A DNA stretch of 64,000 bases from a virus. The stretch lies in IMG/VR virus record IMGVR_UViG_3300032883_000034, one strand, 5' to 3'. The position numbers and the translations under genes are program-made. This document shows positions 38,604-45,828 of the stretch, in pieces. Position 1 is the stretch's first letter. Every line of letters starts with the position of its first letter. The notes beneath the pieces were generated by a model. The model was not told where the DNA came from and ran no database searches. It was given only the letters and a program-made list of their open reading frames with translations.

Positions 38604-38737
38604 GCGTGATCGGACTTGTCATCCCTATCCTTGGATTATGTTGTTTGCTGCTGGCCATCGACAGTAACCTAGAAGACAGGGATCGGGACAAGCTCAGGGA
38701 ACAAGACCAAGACCACATGCGAGGCTTCCATGATTGA
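38600..38737 (+). CDS. Tiny single-TM peptide (45 aa)
   Basis: MSVIGLVIPILGLCCLLLAIDSNLEDRDRDKLREQDQDHMRGFHD. This is the 3' part of track ORF 38483-38737. Confidence 0.4.
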   Translation: MSVIGLVIPILGLCCLLLAIDSNLEDRDRDKLREQDQDHMRGFHD

Positions 38738-39137
38738 AACCGTCACCGTCCCTCCATCCCCATACCCCACCGGCTTCCTGTGGTGGTTCCGCAACGGAGA
38801 CTCATGGCATGCCCCGGAGATCAACAATGGAGCGCCCTACCTCCCATCTGTTCGGAACCAAGTCTTGCGCGACTGCCTATGGTTTTGTCGTAACCCCATC
38901 GGCAACTTCATGGGCTTCGTCATCGGCTTCGAAGGCCGTGGCTACGTGGTCAAAGGCCCCGCCCCCGTCATGCTCACCACCCTCTACGACGCTATCCCAC
39001 CCCAATACGGCTGGAAATGGTCAATAATCAACGGATGGGCACCCTTCGTATCCTACTCAGGCAGACGTATCCTCTGGTACTTGGGATGGCGTCCCTATAG
39101 CGGCGGATTCGGCTTCAAGTTCAATATCCACTCATAG
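38730..39137 (+). CDS. Hypothetical Trp/Gly-rich protein (135 aa), last gene of the island
   Basis: ORF track. ...YLGWRPYSGGFGFKFNIHS. No family recognised. Confidence 0.5.
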   Translation: MIETVTVPPSPYPTGFLWWFRNGDSWHAPEINNGAPYLPSVRNQVLRDCLWFCRNPIGNFMGFVIGFEGRGYVVKGPAPVMLTTLYDAIPPQYGWKWSIINGWAPFVSYSGRRILWYLGWRPYSGGFGFKFNIHS

Positions 39138-39348
39138 GTATCGCAATTGCGAACCTGAGGTAGTATCTAGATACCGAATGTCCAAAAATTCTATTTGTAA
39201 AATTTTTTGGGCTGACCCCATGGAGTTCATGGACAGAGTATCTAAATACCAGAGACACCCGTATCTTTATTTGGATTTTTATTTTTATATGGCTAAGTAG
39301 TCGCGCTGCATGGAGATAATTATTCACCCTCGCCCGCGCGGGGGGTAG

Positions 39349-39372
39349 GGGGTATGTACCGGACCCCTTTTT
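39349..39372 (+). terminator. Weak intrinsic-terminator-like hairpin after the island
   Basis: GGGGT-ATGTACCGG-ACCCC followed by TTTTT, preceded by the 10-bp palindrome CCCGCGCGGG. Confidence 0.3.
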
Positions 39373-39540
39373 CGTTCCCCTTTCGTTCCCGGAACAAAAC
39401 GTGATCAAACCGGGAACAGGAACATATAGGGTACATAAGGGGAACAAAGCGTGATCGTTCCGCGAACGCAGCGGACATACCGCGAACGCTATATTGCAAT
39501 GCGGGAAAGCTTGAAAACTGGGGAGCTTAAATCGGGGGCG

Positions 39541-39816
39541 CTAATGGCTAGGTGCCTGACCCGATTTCGTCTTGCGCCATTGCCGCATATAGGCCGCCCG
39601 GTCGCGCTTCGGCCCGCTCTTGCCTGCCGTGCCTGCCAATAGGCCCGCACGATACCCGGCGTCATAGCCTTCCCGATACCTATCCGGCTCCTCGGTTACG
39701 TGACCACTAGGCTTGGTTACGTGACCAATATCCTTGGTTACTGTAACCTTGGGTATGCATCTATGAACCTTGCCGATCAGGACTAGGTTTCCTTGGCATA
39801 TCGGGCAGATATCCAT
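39541..39816 (-). CDS. Hypothetical protein with N-terminal CxxC...C motif (91 aa)
   Basis: ORF track. MDICPICQGNLVLIGKVHRC. Confidence 0.45.
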   Translation of the reverse strand: MDICPICQGNLVLIGKVHRCIPKVTVTKDIGHVTKPSGHVTEEPDRYREGYDAGYRAGLLAGTAGKSGPKRDRAAYMRQWRKTKSGQAPSH

Positions 39817-39880
39817 TGATGCGCCCTATGGTATTGGCGGATTAAACGAGGCGAGAGGGCGGTTTCCTGAACAATCTCAA

Positions 39881-39944
39881 CCCAAAGCAATACCATCTCA
39901 GCCCAAAACAAGCCCAAAGCAATAGCAATTCAACCCAAAGCAAT
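39881..39944. repeat. Three direct copies of CCCAAAGCAAT just downstream of terS
   Basis: Exact 11-mers at 39881-39891, 39913-39923 and 39934-39944, plus a degenerate copy GCCCAAAACAA at 39901. Confidence 0.6.
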
Positions 39945-40019
39945 GCCAGGGGCAATAGCGCCAAACGCCAATGATCTACCGTTGATCCTTGCGCTGATAT
40001 GAACACTACAGCCTGAATG

Positions 40020-40550
40020 TTAATTGACTGCACCTGATGAGGGTTCCAATGCCCCGATATCGTCTATCAGGCTTGGTTCACGAGGCGTTTCGTCTTCTAT
40101 CCCAAATGCCTTGGCTAGGGCTATGGCGGCTTCTAACCCCGCTTCTTGTCTCACTTTTTCGAGGATAGCGGGAATATCGGTAAGGTTTTCGAAATCTCCG
40201 GCATTGCCACTTTCGCGCCGGTCGATCAACAACCCGACTAGCTTTGCCTTCTTCTCACTGGCGCTTAACATCGCCTCTGGTTTCGCTTGGCTGGTGGCGA
40301 GAATACGCGCCTCTTCATATTCGGTCAGGATGCTTTCAACCGTAATATCCGCCTTCCGGATCAACGCCATTTGAACCTCTTCTAGTCGCCTCTTTACGTT
40401 AGGCCGGGTTAGTAACTGGCAGGCCGATATCCGGGCGATATCGGGCCGATGCCTTGGGTATATCCTCCGATACGCTTCTGCCGCGTTGCAATCCGTTTTC
40501 ATATACTCCCGGATAAAACGCTCGTGTTTGATATTAACGAGTCTAGGCAT
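40020..40550 (-). CDS. terS: Terminase small subunit (Terminase_2-like)
   Basis: N-terminus NIKHERFIREYMKTDCNAAEAYRRIYP...ARISACQLLTRPNVKRRLEE fits the small-terminase HTH pattern. The ATG at 40550 is preferred over the TTG at 40565. Confidence 0.7.
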   Translation of the reverse strand: MPRLVNIKHERFIREYMKTDCNAAEAYRRIYPRHRPDIARISACQLLTRPNVKRRLEEVQMALIRKADITVESILTEYEEARILATSQAKPEAMLSASEKKAKLVGLLIDRRESGNAGDFENLTDIPAILEKVRQEAGLEAAIALAKAFGIEDETPREPSLIDDIGALEPSSGAVN

Positions 40551-40987
40551 TATCTGGAAACCCAAGTATCGGGCTAGGGGCCTGTCTGCCCGCTAGCTAC
40601 CTATCCCAAGAACAAATCATGTACAGAATACAGCGGGATAGGCCAAAACGCAATGTCATGCGCCTACGACATGGGTAAAATCGGCCAAATCTCAATTAGA
40701 AGCCCACAGGTTCGCGCTTTTCTCTCCGGTATATCGGATCAAGATCGATAAAATAACGCACCCACGGCCTTCCTATTGACGGTCCTATTTTACCGCAAAA
40801 TAAAGTTTGTGGCCTAGTTGACAGCCAACTCGTTCTGGCGGGTGCAAACATTTCCTGAACATCAAGCGCGTATATAGAGTATGGATAGGCCTTCCCGTGT
40901 TCAAAAATTGTTCTTGCTTTTCCAGATAACCGGATTTACAGCTAGAGGCTCTATTCTCGTTTCTCTTACCAGCCGGAGGGCTACCAA

Positions 40988-42196
40988 ATGACCGCTTATT
41001 CCCCTGCCATGGTTAGAGCACTGAAAGCGCGTGAGGCAATAGCCAAGCGCGACCGATGGTTTGCCCATATCATTTTTGCCGCTCCGATCATTGAGCGAAC
41101 GGATATCAAAACCGCTTGCACAAACGGAACTAAGGTTTTTATCAATCCTGCTTTCATCATGGGGCTGACCGGCGAACAAGTCGAGGGCCTGTTATTTCAT
41201 GAATTTTGCCATATCATCCTGAAACACGTACAGCGGTGCGGATTTCGCGACCCCATGACTTGGAATATTGCCTGCGACGGCGCAAACGCCAACCCCATGA
41301 CGTTGCGGCGCGGGTGGCCCTTGCCAACCGGCGCAATCGATATTCCTGAAATTGCCAACATGACCTGTGAAGCGGCGTATAAATGGCTGATAGACAAGCA
41401 AGAGGCTGACAAGGCCGCAAAGCAACAGGATCAAGATCAGGATCAAGACGCCGATCAAGATCAGAGTAACGAGGCCGACGCTGGCGAAGGCTATCAACAA
41501 GGCTCTGAACCCATGGAAGAGCCAACGGCGGAAGAGCTAAAAGACTTTGAAGCCAAGCTTGACCGCCTGATTGACAGCGCGACCAAAAAGGCAACGGCAG
41601 GCGGTTATATGTCAAAAGACATTGAGCGGCTATTGGATGGTTATGAGGAACCCGCCCCGCTCGACTATAACGATGTACTGGAAGATATGATCCGGAATAA
41701 TCGGGATATCCAAAGTCGGACCTATATGCGGCCTAATCGCCGCTACATTTCGCGGGATATCAATCTGCCCGGTTTCGCCCGTGACCAAATCGCGCGCCTT
41801 GTCTTTTGCATCGATGTTTCATCGTCCATGGATAAGAAAGCCATTGCCGAAATCAAATCGACGGTAGCGCGGTTCATGGATCAAGGCGATATCACAAACG
41901 CCACCATCATTTCTGTTGATACCGATATCCGGGCCATGGGCGACGTTACAACCTCGCAGGAGATTTTAGATTTCGACTTGAACGCACGGCAAGGCGGAAC
42001 GCATTTTGACAGCGCAATGCAAGAGGTTGGCGAATTGACCGATTGCGTTGGGTGCGTGTTCCTGACCGATATGGAAACATCAAGCTTTGGCCCGGAACCG
42101 GACATGCCGGTTGTTTGGATCAATTGGGGCCGCGAGCAACAATCCGGTTCCCCATATTATCCGCCTTATGGCAGGCAAGTGATGTTCAAGCGATAG
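40988..42196 (+). CDS. Metallopeptidase-like (HExxH) + vWA domain protein (DUF2201-like), 402 aa
   Basis: LLFHEFCHIILKH (HExxH). Acidic QDQDQDQD linker. LVFCIDVSSSMD (MIDAS DxSxS). Confidence 0.7.
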   Translation: MTAYSPAMVRALKAREAIAKRDRWFAHIIFAAPIIERTDIKTACTNGTKVFINPAFIMGLTGEQVEGLLFHEFCHIILKHVQRCGFRDPMTWNIACDGANANPMTLRRGWPLPTGAIDIPEIANMTCEAAYKWLIDKQEADKAAKQQDQDQDQDADQDQSNEADAGEGYQQGSEPMEEPTAEELKDFEAKLDRLIDSATKKATAGGYMSKDIERLLDGYEEPAPLDYNDVLEDMIRNNRDIQSRTYMRPNRRYISRDINLPGFARDQIARLVFCIDVSSSMDKKAIAEIKSTVARFMDQGDITNATIISVDTDIRAMGDVTTSQEILDFDLNARQGGTHFDSAMQEVGELTDCVGCVFLTDMETSSFGPEPDMPVVWINWGREQQSGSPYYPPYGRQVMFKR

Positions 42197-42245
42197 GATC
42201 AACAGGGGCCGCGCCAATGCGGCCCCATAACTGGAGGGTTTAGCC

Positions 42246-42446
42246 ATGAGCAATTCAACCTTTCATAGCGATGGATACCGCGATGCCCTCAAAGGTAAAC
42301 TGCCGTCATTGCCCGGTATTCCTGTCTTGGACGAAGAATATCTTGACGGCTATTGCGATGCCTTATCGGTCATGCAAGGCGTTATTGCCCTAAGCCAAGC
42401 CAATGGGAGGGCTACCGATGCGCCTAAATCAACGTCGGGTGGTTAA
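42246..42446 (+). CDS. Hypothetical protein (66 aa)
   Basis: ORF track. Confidence 0.4.
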   Translation: MSNSTFHSDGYRDALKGKLPSLPGIPVLDEEYLDGYCDALSVMQGVIALSQANGRATDAPKSTSGG

Positions 42447-42615
42447 CCCGCCCTCCTATGGAAGGCCGTCCCACGGCCCTCCTATTGAGATAGAACCTCA
42501 TAGGTTAATACTTTGGGGAAAGTGGCTTGTCTGTATTTTTGTCTTTTTGGCTATCGTTGCCGTGGCCATCCTTGCCGCGTCCGATGCTTCAAACCGCGAA
42601 CATGGGAGGGAATAA
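42418..42615 (+). CDS. Hypothetical single-TM protein (65 aa)
   Basis: GGGAGGG 7 nt upstream of the ATG at 42418. WLVCIFVFLAIVAVAILAA. Confidence 0.4.
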   Translation: MRLNQRRVVNPPSYGRPSHGPPIEIEPHRLILWGKWLVCIFVFLAIVAVAILAASDASNREHGRE

Positions 42616-42617
42616 TC

Positions 42618-42908
42618 ATGGTACGACCGATTGATGCCATGGGGTTAGGCCCCTCGCGCGAGGCTGTACGCGAGCCACAAGGCCGCTGGCGCGTCACCGT
42701 CAGGCCGCCCGCATGGTCGCGCTGTGGCGATGGGGCCAGCCTGACCCTGACAGAAGCCCAATACGCGCAATACCGGCAATGGCTGGACGGTGGCGCACTG
42801 ATCCACGAAGCATTGGCCGATCTGTCGGACGGCCAGCGCGAATTGTTAATGACCGGCATCGATGAAACCAAGTTTAACGAGCTATTCAGGGATATAGACA
42901 ATGAGTAA
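42618..42908 (+). CDS. Hypothetical protein (96 aa)
   Basis: GGGAGGG upstream of the internal ATG at 42618. Confidence 0.45.
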   Translation: MVRPIDAMGLGPSREAVREPQGRWRVTVRPPAWSRCGDGASLTLTEAQYAQYRQWLDGGALIHEALADLSDGQRELLMTGIDETKFNELFRDIDNE

Positions 42909-42996
42909 ACGAATGATGGCATTTTTCGAAGTCGTTTGTTGGCTAATCATCTTTTCAGCTATCTTCGCCGGATGGGTCATTACACCATAAAACGCT

Positions 42997-43063
42997 CTGC
43001 TCGCGCGTATCGGCCAATATGTAAATGGCCTGCTCGCGCGACTGTACACGCCCGCTCGCGCGA
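42997..43063 (+). promoter_or_regulatory. Three copies of (C)TGCTCGCGCG upstream of 43079 gene; candidate operator/promoter element
   Basis: CTGCTCGCGCG at 42997-43007 and 43030-43040, CCGCTCGCGCG at 43052-43062. A fourth copy lies at 43275-43285. Confidence 0.4.
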
Positions 43064-43078
43064 CCAAGGAGAAAAAAG

Positions 43079-43303
43079 ATGAACGACGCCACAAAATTAT
43101 TCGCCGCCGAAAACATGATCCACGAACTAATCTCGGCGGCCAAGGGGACCAGCGAAGTCTTAGACGCTGTTGAAAAAGGTATCATTGAGCTTAAGGGACA
43201 TCGTAGCGATATTTCCCGCCAGATCAACCGACTGGAACGCGCCATTGCATCGGCTAAGCCGCTCGTAGACAGACCTGCTCGCGCGAACGGGGGCGAGGCA
43301 TGA
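43079..43303 (+). CDS. Hypothetical coiled-coil protein (74 aa)
   Basis: AAGGAG upstream of the internal ATG at 43079. Confidence 0.45.
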   Translation: MNDATKLFAAENMIHELISAAKGTSEVLDAVEKGIIELKGHRSDISRQINRLERAIASAKPLVDRPARANGGEA

Positions 43304-43656
43304 CACGAAGCCTTCCCGATTGGATAGGCCGGGATAGTGACGAAGCTATCCCGGCTAGGGTCAAAGTCAGAATATTCGAAAAGTACGAAGGCAAATGCGC
43401 GGCTTGCACATTAAAAATAGTCGGCAAATTGTTGCCCGCTTACGATCATAGAATAGCCATCGTTAACGGTGGTAGTAACACAGAGGACAATATTCAACTG
43501 CTTTGCGAACCGTGCCATAAACTCAAGACGCACATCGATACGGCGCAGAAAGCCGTAATGTACCGTAAGCGCAAAAAGGCCATCGGAATAAAGAAGAAGC
43601 CATCCTTTAGAGGATGGAGGAAGATGGACGGAAGCATAGTCTGGAGGAAGCCATGA
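43300..43656 (+). CDS. HNH endonuclease (118 aa)
   Basis: CAACTLKI...AYDHRIAIVNGGSNTEDNIQLLCEPCHKLKTH. Confidence 0.8.
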   Translation: MTRSLPDWIGRDSDEAIPARVKVRIFEKYEGKCAACTLKIVGKLLPAYDHRIAIVNGGSNTEDNIQLLCEPCHKLKTHIDTAQKAVMYRKRKKAIGIKKKPSFRGWRKMDGSIVWRKP

Positions 43657-43739
43657 TACCAATCATCATTCTTTATATTCTTGTCATTCCAGTTAGCCTG
43701 TTCGCATGGGACCAGTGCCGCTATAGGGGGAAGAAATGA
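43653..43739 (+). CDS. Tiny TM peptide (28 aa)
   Basis: Hand-found; ATGA-coupled at both ends. MIPIIILYILVIPVSLFAWDQCRYRGKK. Confidence 0.3.
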   Translation: MIPIIILYILVIPVSLFAWDQCRYRGKK

Positions 43740-43858
43740 GGAGATTGGGACCGTTCTGGCAAAAGAGCCCTTCCGCCATCACCACCTTTGAAGATTGGGC
43801 TTGGTGCTGGATCAGTCTTGGCGCGAACGGTGACATCATCATGATCGAGTGGCTGTAA
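43736..43858 (+). CDS. Tiny ORF (40 aa)
   Basis: Hand-found; ATGA-coupled to the previous ORF. Confidence 0.25.
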   Translation: MRRLGPFWQKSPSAITTFEDWAWCWISLGANGDIIMIEWL

Positions 43859-43861
43859 ACC

Positions 43862-43969
43862 ATGAGCAACGCAACAGATCAACTCGCACTACTGCTAGCC
43901 TTCATTGTCAGCGTGGCAATCTTGATAGGCATTTTCTATGTGGTCGGCATAACTGTGGGGCCAGCATGA
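43862..43969 (+). CDS. Tiny TM peptide (35 aa)
   Basis: Hand-found. LALLLAFIVSVAILIGIFYVVGI. Its stop overlaps the next ATG. Confidence 0.3.
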   Translation: MSNATDQLALLLAFIVSVAILIGIFYVVGITVGPA

Positions 43970-44217
43970 GCGACGATCTGGTGGAACGGTTGCGTAATTT
44001 AGATTTGATTGACGACTATGCACGCCTTGAAGCCGCCGACCGCATCGAGGAACTGACGAAAGCGCTGGAGAAAGCGGAGGCGGCGTTGATCTACATTAGG
44101 GGCGCACATACGCCCGACCAGCCCGCAGATAGTTCTGTTGATGAAATTTCATGGGTTATGCGTCATGTCGGTGATTTGCGCCGAGTTGCCGCTAACGCAT
44201 TGAAGGAACGCAAATGA
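43966..44217 (+). CDS. Small protein, VERLR family, paralogue of 44580-44891 (83 aa)
   Basis: MSDDLVERLRN...AADRIEEL...HTPDQPADSSVDEISWVMRHVGDLRRVAANAL. Confidence 0.55.
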   Translation: MSDDLVERLRNLDLIDDYARLEAADRIEELTKALEKAEAALIYIRGAHTPDQPADSSVDEISWVMRHVGDLRRVAANALKERK

Positions 44218-44579
44218 GCGACAATATGGTGGCACGGTTGCGCCAACAAGTTGTGGACGACTGGGTTCGCGATACTCGCCCGCGCAGCAGTGGAGGAGAG
44301 CAAATGAGCTTCCGCAGTCCCGAAGTAGAGCCTTGCGCGCTATGTGCCGAAGGTTGGCGGATCAAGGGAGACGCGCGATGCCATGAATGCCAAGAGGGTA
44401 GGATTGACTTATTGGTGCAGGCTCTCGCTCTCCAAGAGGTCGCAGAAACTGCCCATCTGAAATGCGACGAATGTGATCCGTCGGATGCGCCTGAGACATG
44501 TGGGAAGTGTTTTCCACTTTATGACGATGCGCGGATCGCCCGCCGCCGGGCGCTGGCCTACATAAAAAGGAGAAGTTAA
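44214..44579 (+). CDS. Small Cys-rich protein, VARLR N-terminus (121 aa)
   Basis: ORF track. CALCAEGW...CHECQEG...CDECDP...CGKC. Confidence 0.5.
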   Translation: MSDNMVARLRQQVVDDWVRDTRPRSSGGEQMSFRSPEVEPCALCAEGWRIKGDARCHECQEGRIDLLVQALALQEVAETAHLKCDECDPSDAPETCGKCFPLYDDARIARRRALAYIKRRS

Positions 44580-44891
44580 ATGAAACTTTTTATTTCAGAA
44601 CCGGAGCCGCGATCCAGTGGCCCCATCTTAGTATGCGATGACGATATGAACGACATTGCAGAGTTCTTCCACGACGAACAGGCTACAGTCACAACAAGTT
44701 ATGAAACTGCGCTTGCCCTAGCGCGAGCGTTAGTAAAAGCGGAGGAATACCGGGCCGCATTGATAGACATTGCAGGCTCGCATACCCCAGACCAACCAGC
44801 AGACAGCGCGGCTGATGAAGTTTCGTGGGTCATGCGCCATGTTGGCACTTTGCGTCGGATGGCAGCTAACGCATTGGAGAAACGCGAATGA
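44580..44891 (+). CDS. Small protein, paralogue of 43966-44217 (103 aa)
   Basis: HTPDQPADSAADEVSWVMRHVGTLRRMAANAL. Confidence 0.55.
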   Translation: MKLFISEPEPRSSGPILVCDDDMNDIAEFFHDEQATVTTSYETALALARALVKAEEYRAALIDIAGSHTPDQPADSAADEVSWVMRHVGTLRRMAANALEKRE

Positions 44892-45328
44892 CTGACATCG
44901 TGGAACGGGTGGCTAAGATAATTTGCTGCGGAGAAGGCGGATGTGTTCTAGATGAGGCAGATTGCGAGTGCATCGGTGATGCACAATCCGCCTCTGGCGG
45001 CGGCGCAGATGCCGTTCGCTTAGCCCGCGCCGCAATCGCAGCGATTGCCTCTCACATCGAAACCACTGAGGCCGGTGTCATCGACTGGAAACAGGAAGCC
45101 GAGCGGGCAAACAGATTATGGGCGGAAGCAGAGCAGCGCGTTGCAGACATGCAATCGGACGCCGCCATCGCAGCGATGCGACAGAAGCCTGATCTAAACC
45201 TCATCCGTCAGGCTCTGGCTCGTGCTTATTGCCATTTCAAGAATGCTCACAAAGAATTAGACTTTGACTTAATCGAATCCATGACCCGTGAGATCGCCGC
45301 CCTCGCACAGCAGGAGGATAAGCCATGA
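44888..45328 (+). CDS. Hypothetical protein (146 aa)
   Basis: ORF track. MTDIVERVAKI N-terminus. Confidence 0.5.
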   Translation: MTDIVERVAKIICCGEGGCVLDEADCECIGDAQSASGGGADAVRLARAAIAAIASHIETTEAGVIDWKQEAERANRLWAEAEQRVADMQSDAAIAAMRQKPDLNLIRQALARAYCHFKNAHKELDFDLIESMTREIAALAQQEDKP

Positions 45329-45441
45329 TAAAATGGATTAGACAGTTTTGGTGCGGTTTAGGTGACCACGCTGGGATCAGATTGACCAGTCAAACCACTG
45401 GTGTTTGTAAGCGGTGTGGAAAAGCCGTCAGGCTAATCTAG
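45325..45441 (+). CDS. Tiny Cys-containing ORF (38 aa)
   Basis: Hand-found; ATGA-coupled. MIKWIRQFWCGLGDH...CKRCGKAVRLI. Confidence 0.3.
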   Translation: MIKWIRQFWCGLGDHAGIRLTSQTTGVCKRCGKAVRLI

Positions 45442-45462
45442 ATCACACGGGAGGCCCTCACC

Positions 45463-45663
45463 ATGAGCTTGGTTGCGCGATTACGGAATTATATTCCGGG
45501 GGAGAACAATGACGAGGTGCCTGATCGCATCAGGGAAGCGGCGGACCGCATAGAGGAACTGGAAGCGGTATTGAGAAAAGCGGAAGCCTTTCTGCAATAC
45601 TATTTTGTGCATAGCTACATGCAAAAACAAATCCGCGCCGCACTCGCAGAGGATAAGCCATAA
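45463..45663 (+). CDS. Small protein, VARLR family (66 aa)
   Basis: MSLVARLRNY...AADRIEELEAVLRKAEAFL. Confidence 0.5.
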   Translation: MSLVARLRNYIPGENNDEVPDRIREAADRIEELEAVLRKAEAFLQYYFVHSYMQKQIRAALAEDKP

Positions 45664-45828
45664 GGATGACTCTACCCCTCTGGATTGTCACACCTAAACA
45701 AAATGCCGAGATCGTCAAAATGATCTCGGAGGGACTCATTAGTCGAAAAACCGCCAGCGACGTTCTCGAATGGGTAATAGAACAGAATATGGCCCTGCTT
45801 GCCGCCGCACTGAAGGATAAGCCATGAG

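Noticed and set aside
40901-41179. 92-aa minus ORF in the terS/vWA divergent region
   Set aside because: It overlaps the start of the vWA gene and has no coupling or motif. The 420-bp region 40566-40987 more likely holds promoters. I could not define convincing -35/-10 pairs there.
45666-45827. Last small + ORF before the convergent primase gene; the DKP-stop ending seemed to require a frameshift
   Set aside because: On careful retranslation the ATG at 45666 gives a 48-aa product ending at 45812. The …ALLAAALKDKP ending is only an 18-codon ORF in another frame. There is not enough evidence for either a gene call or a frameshift claim.
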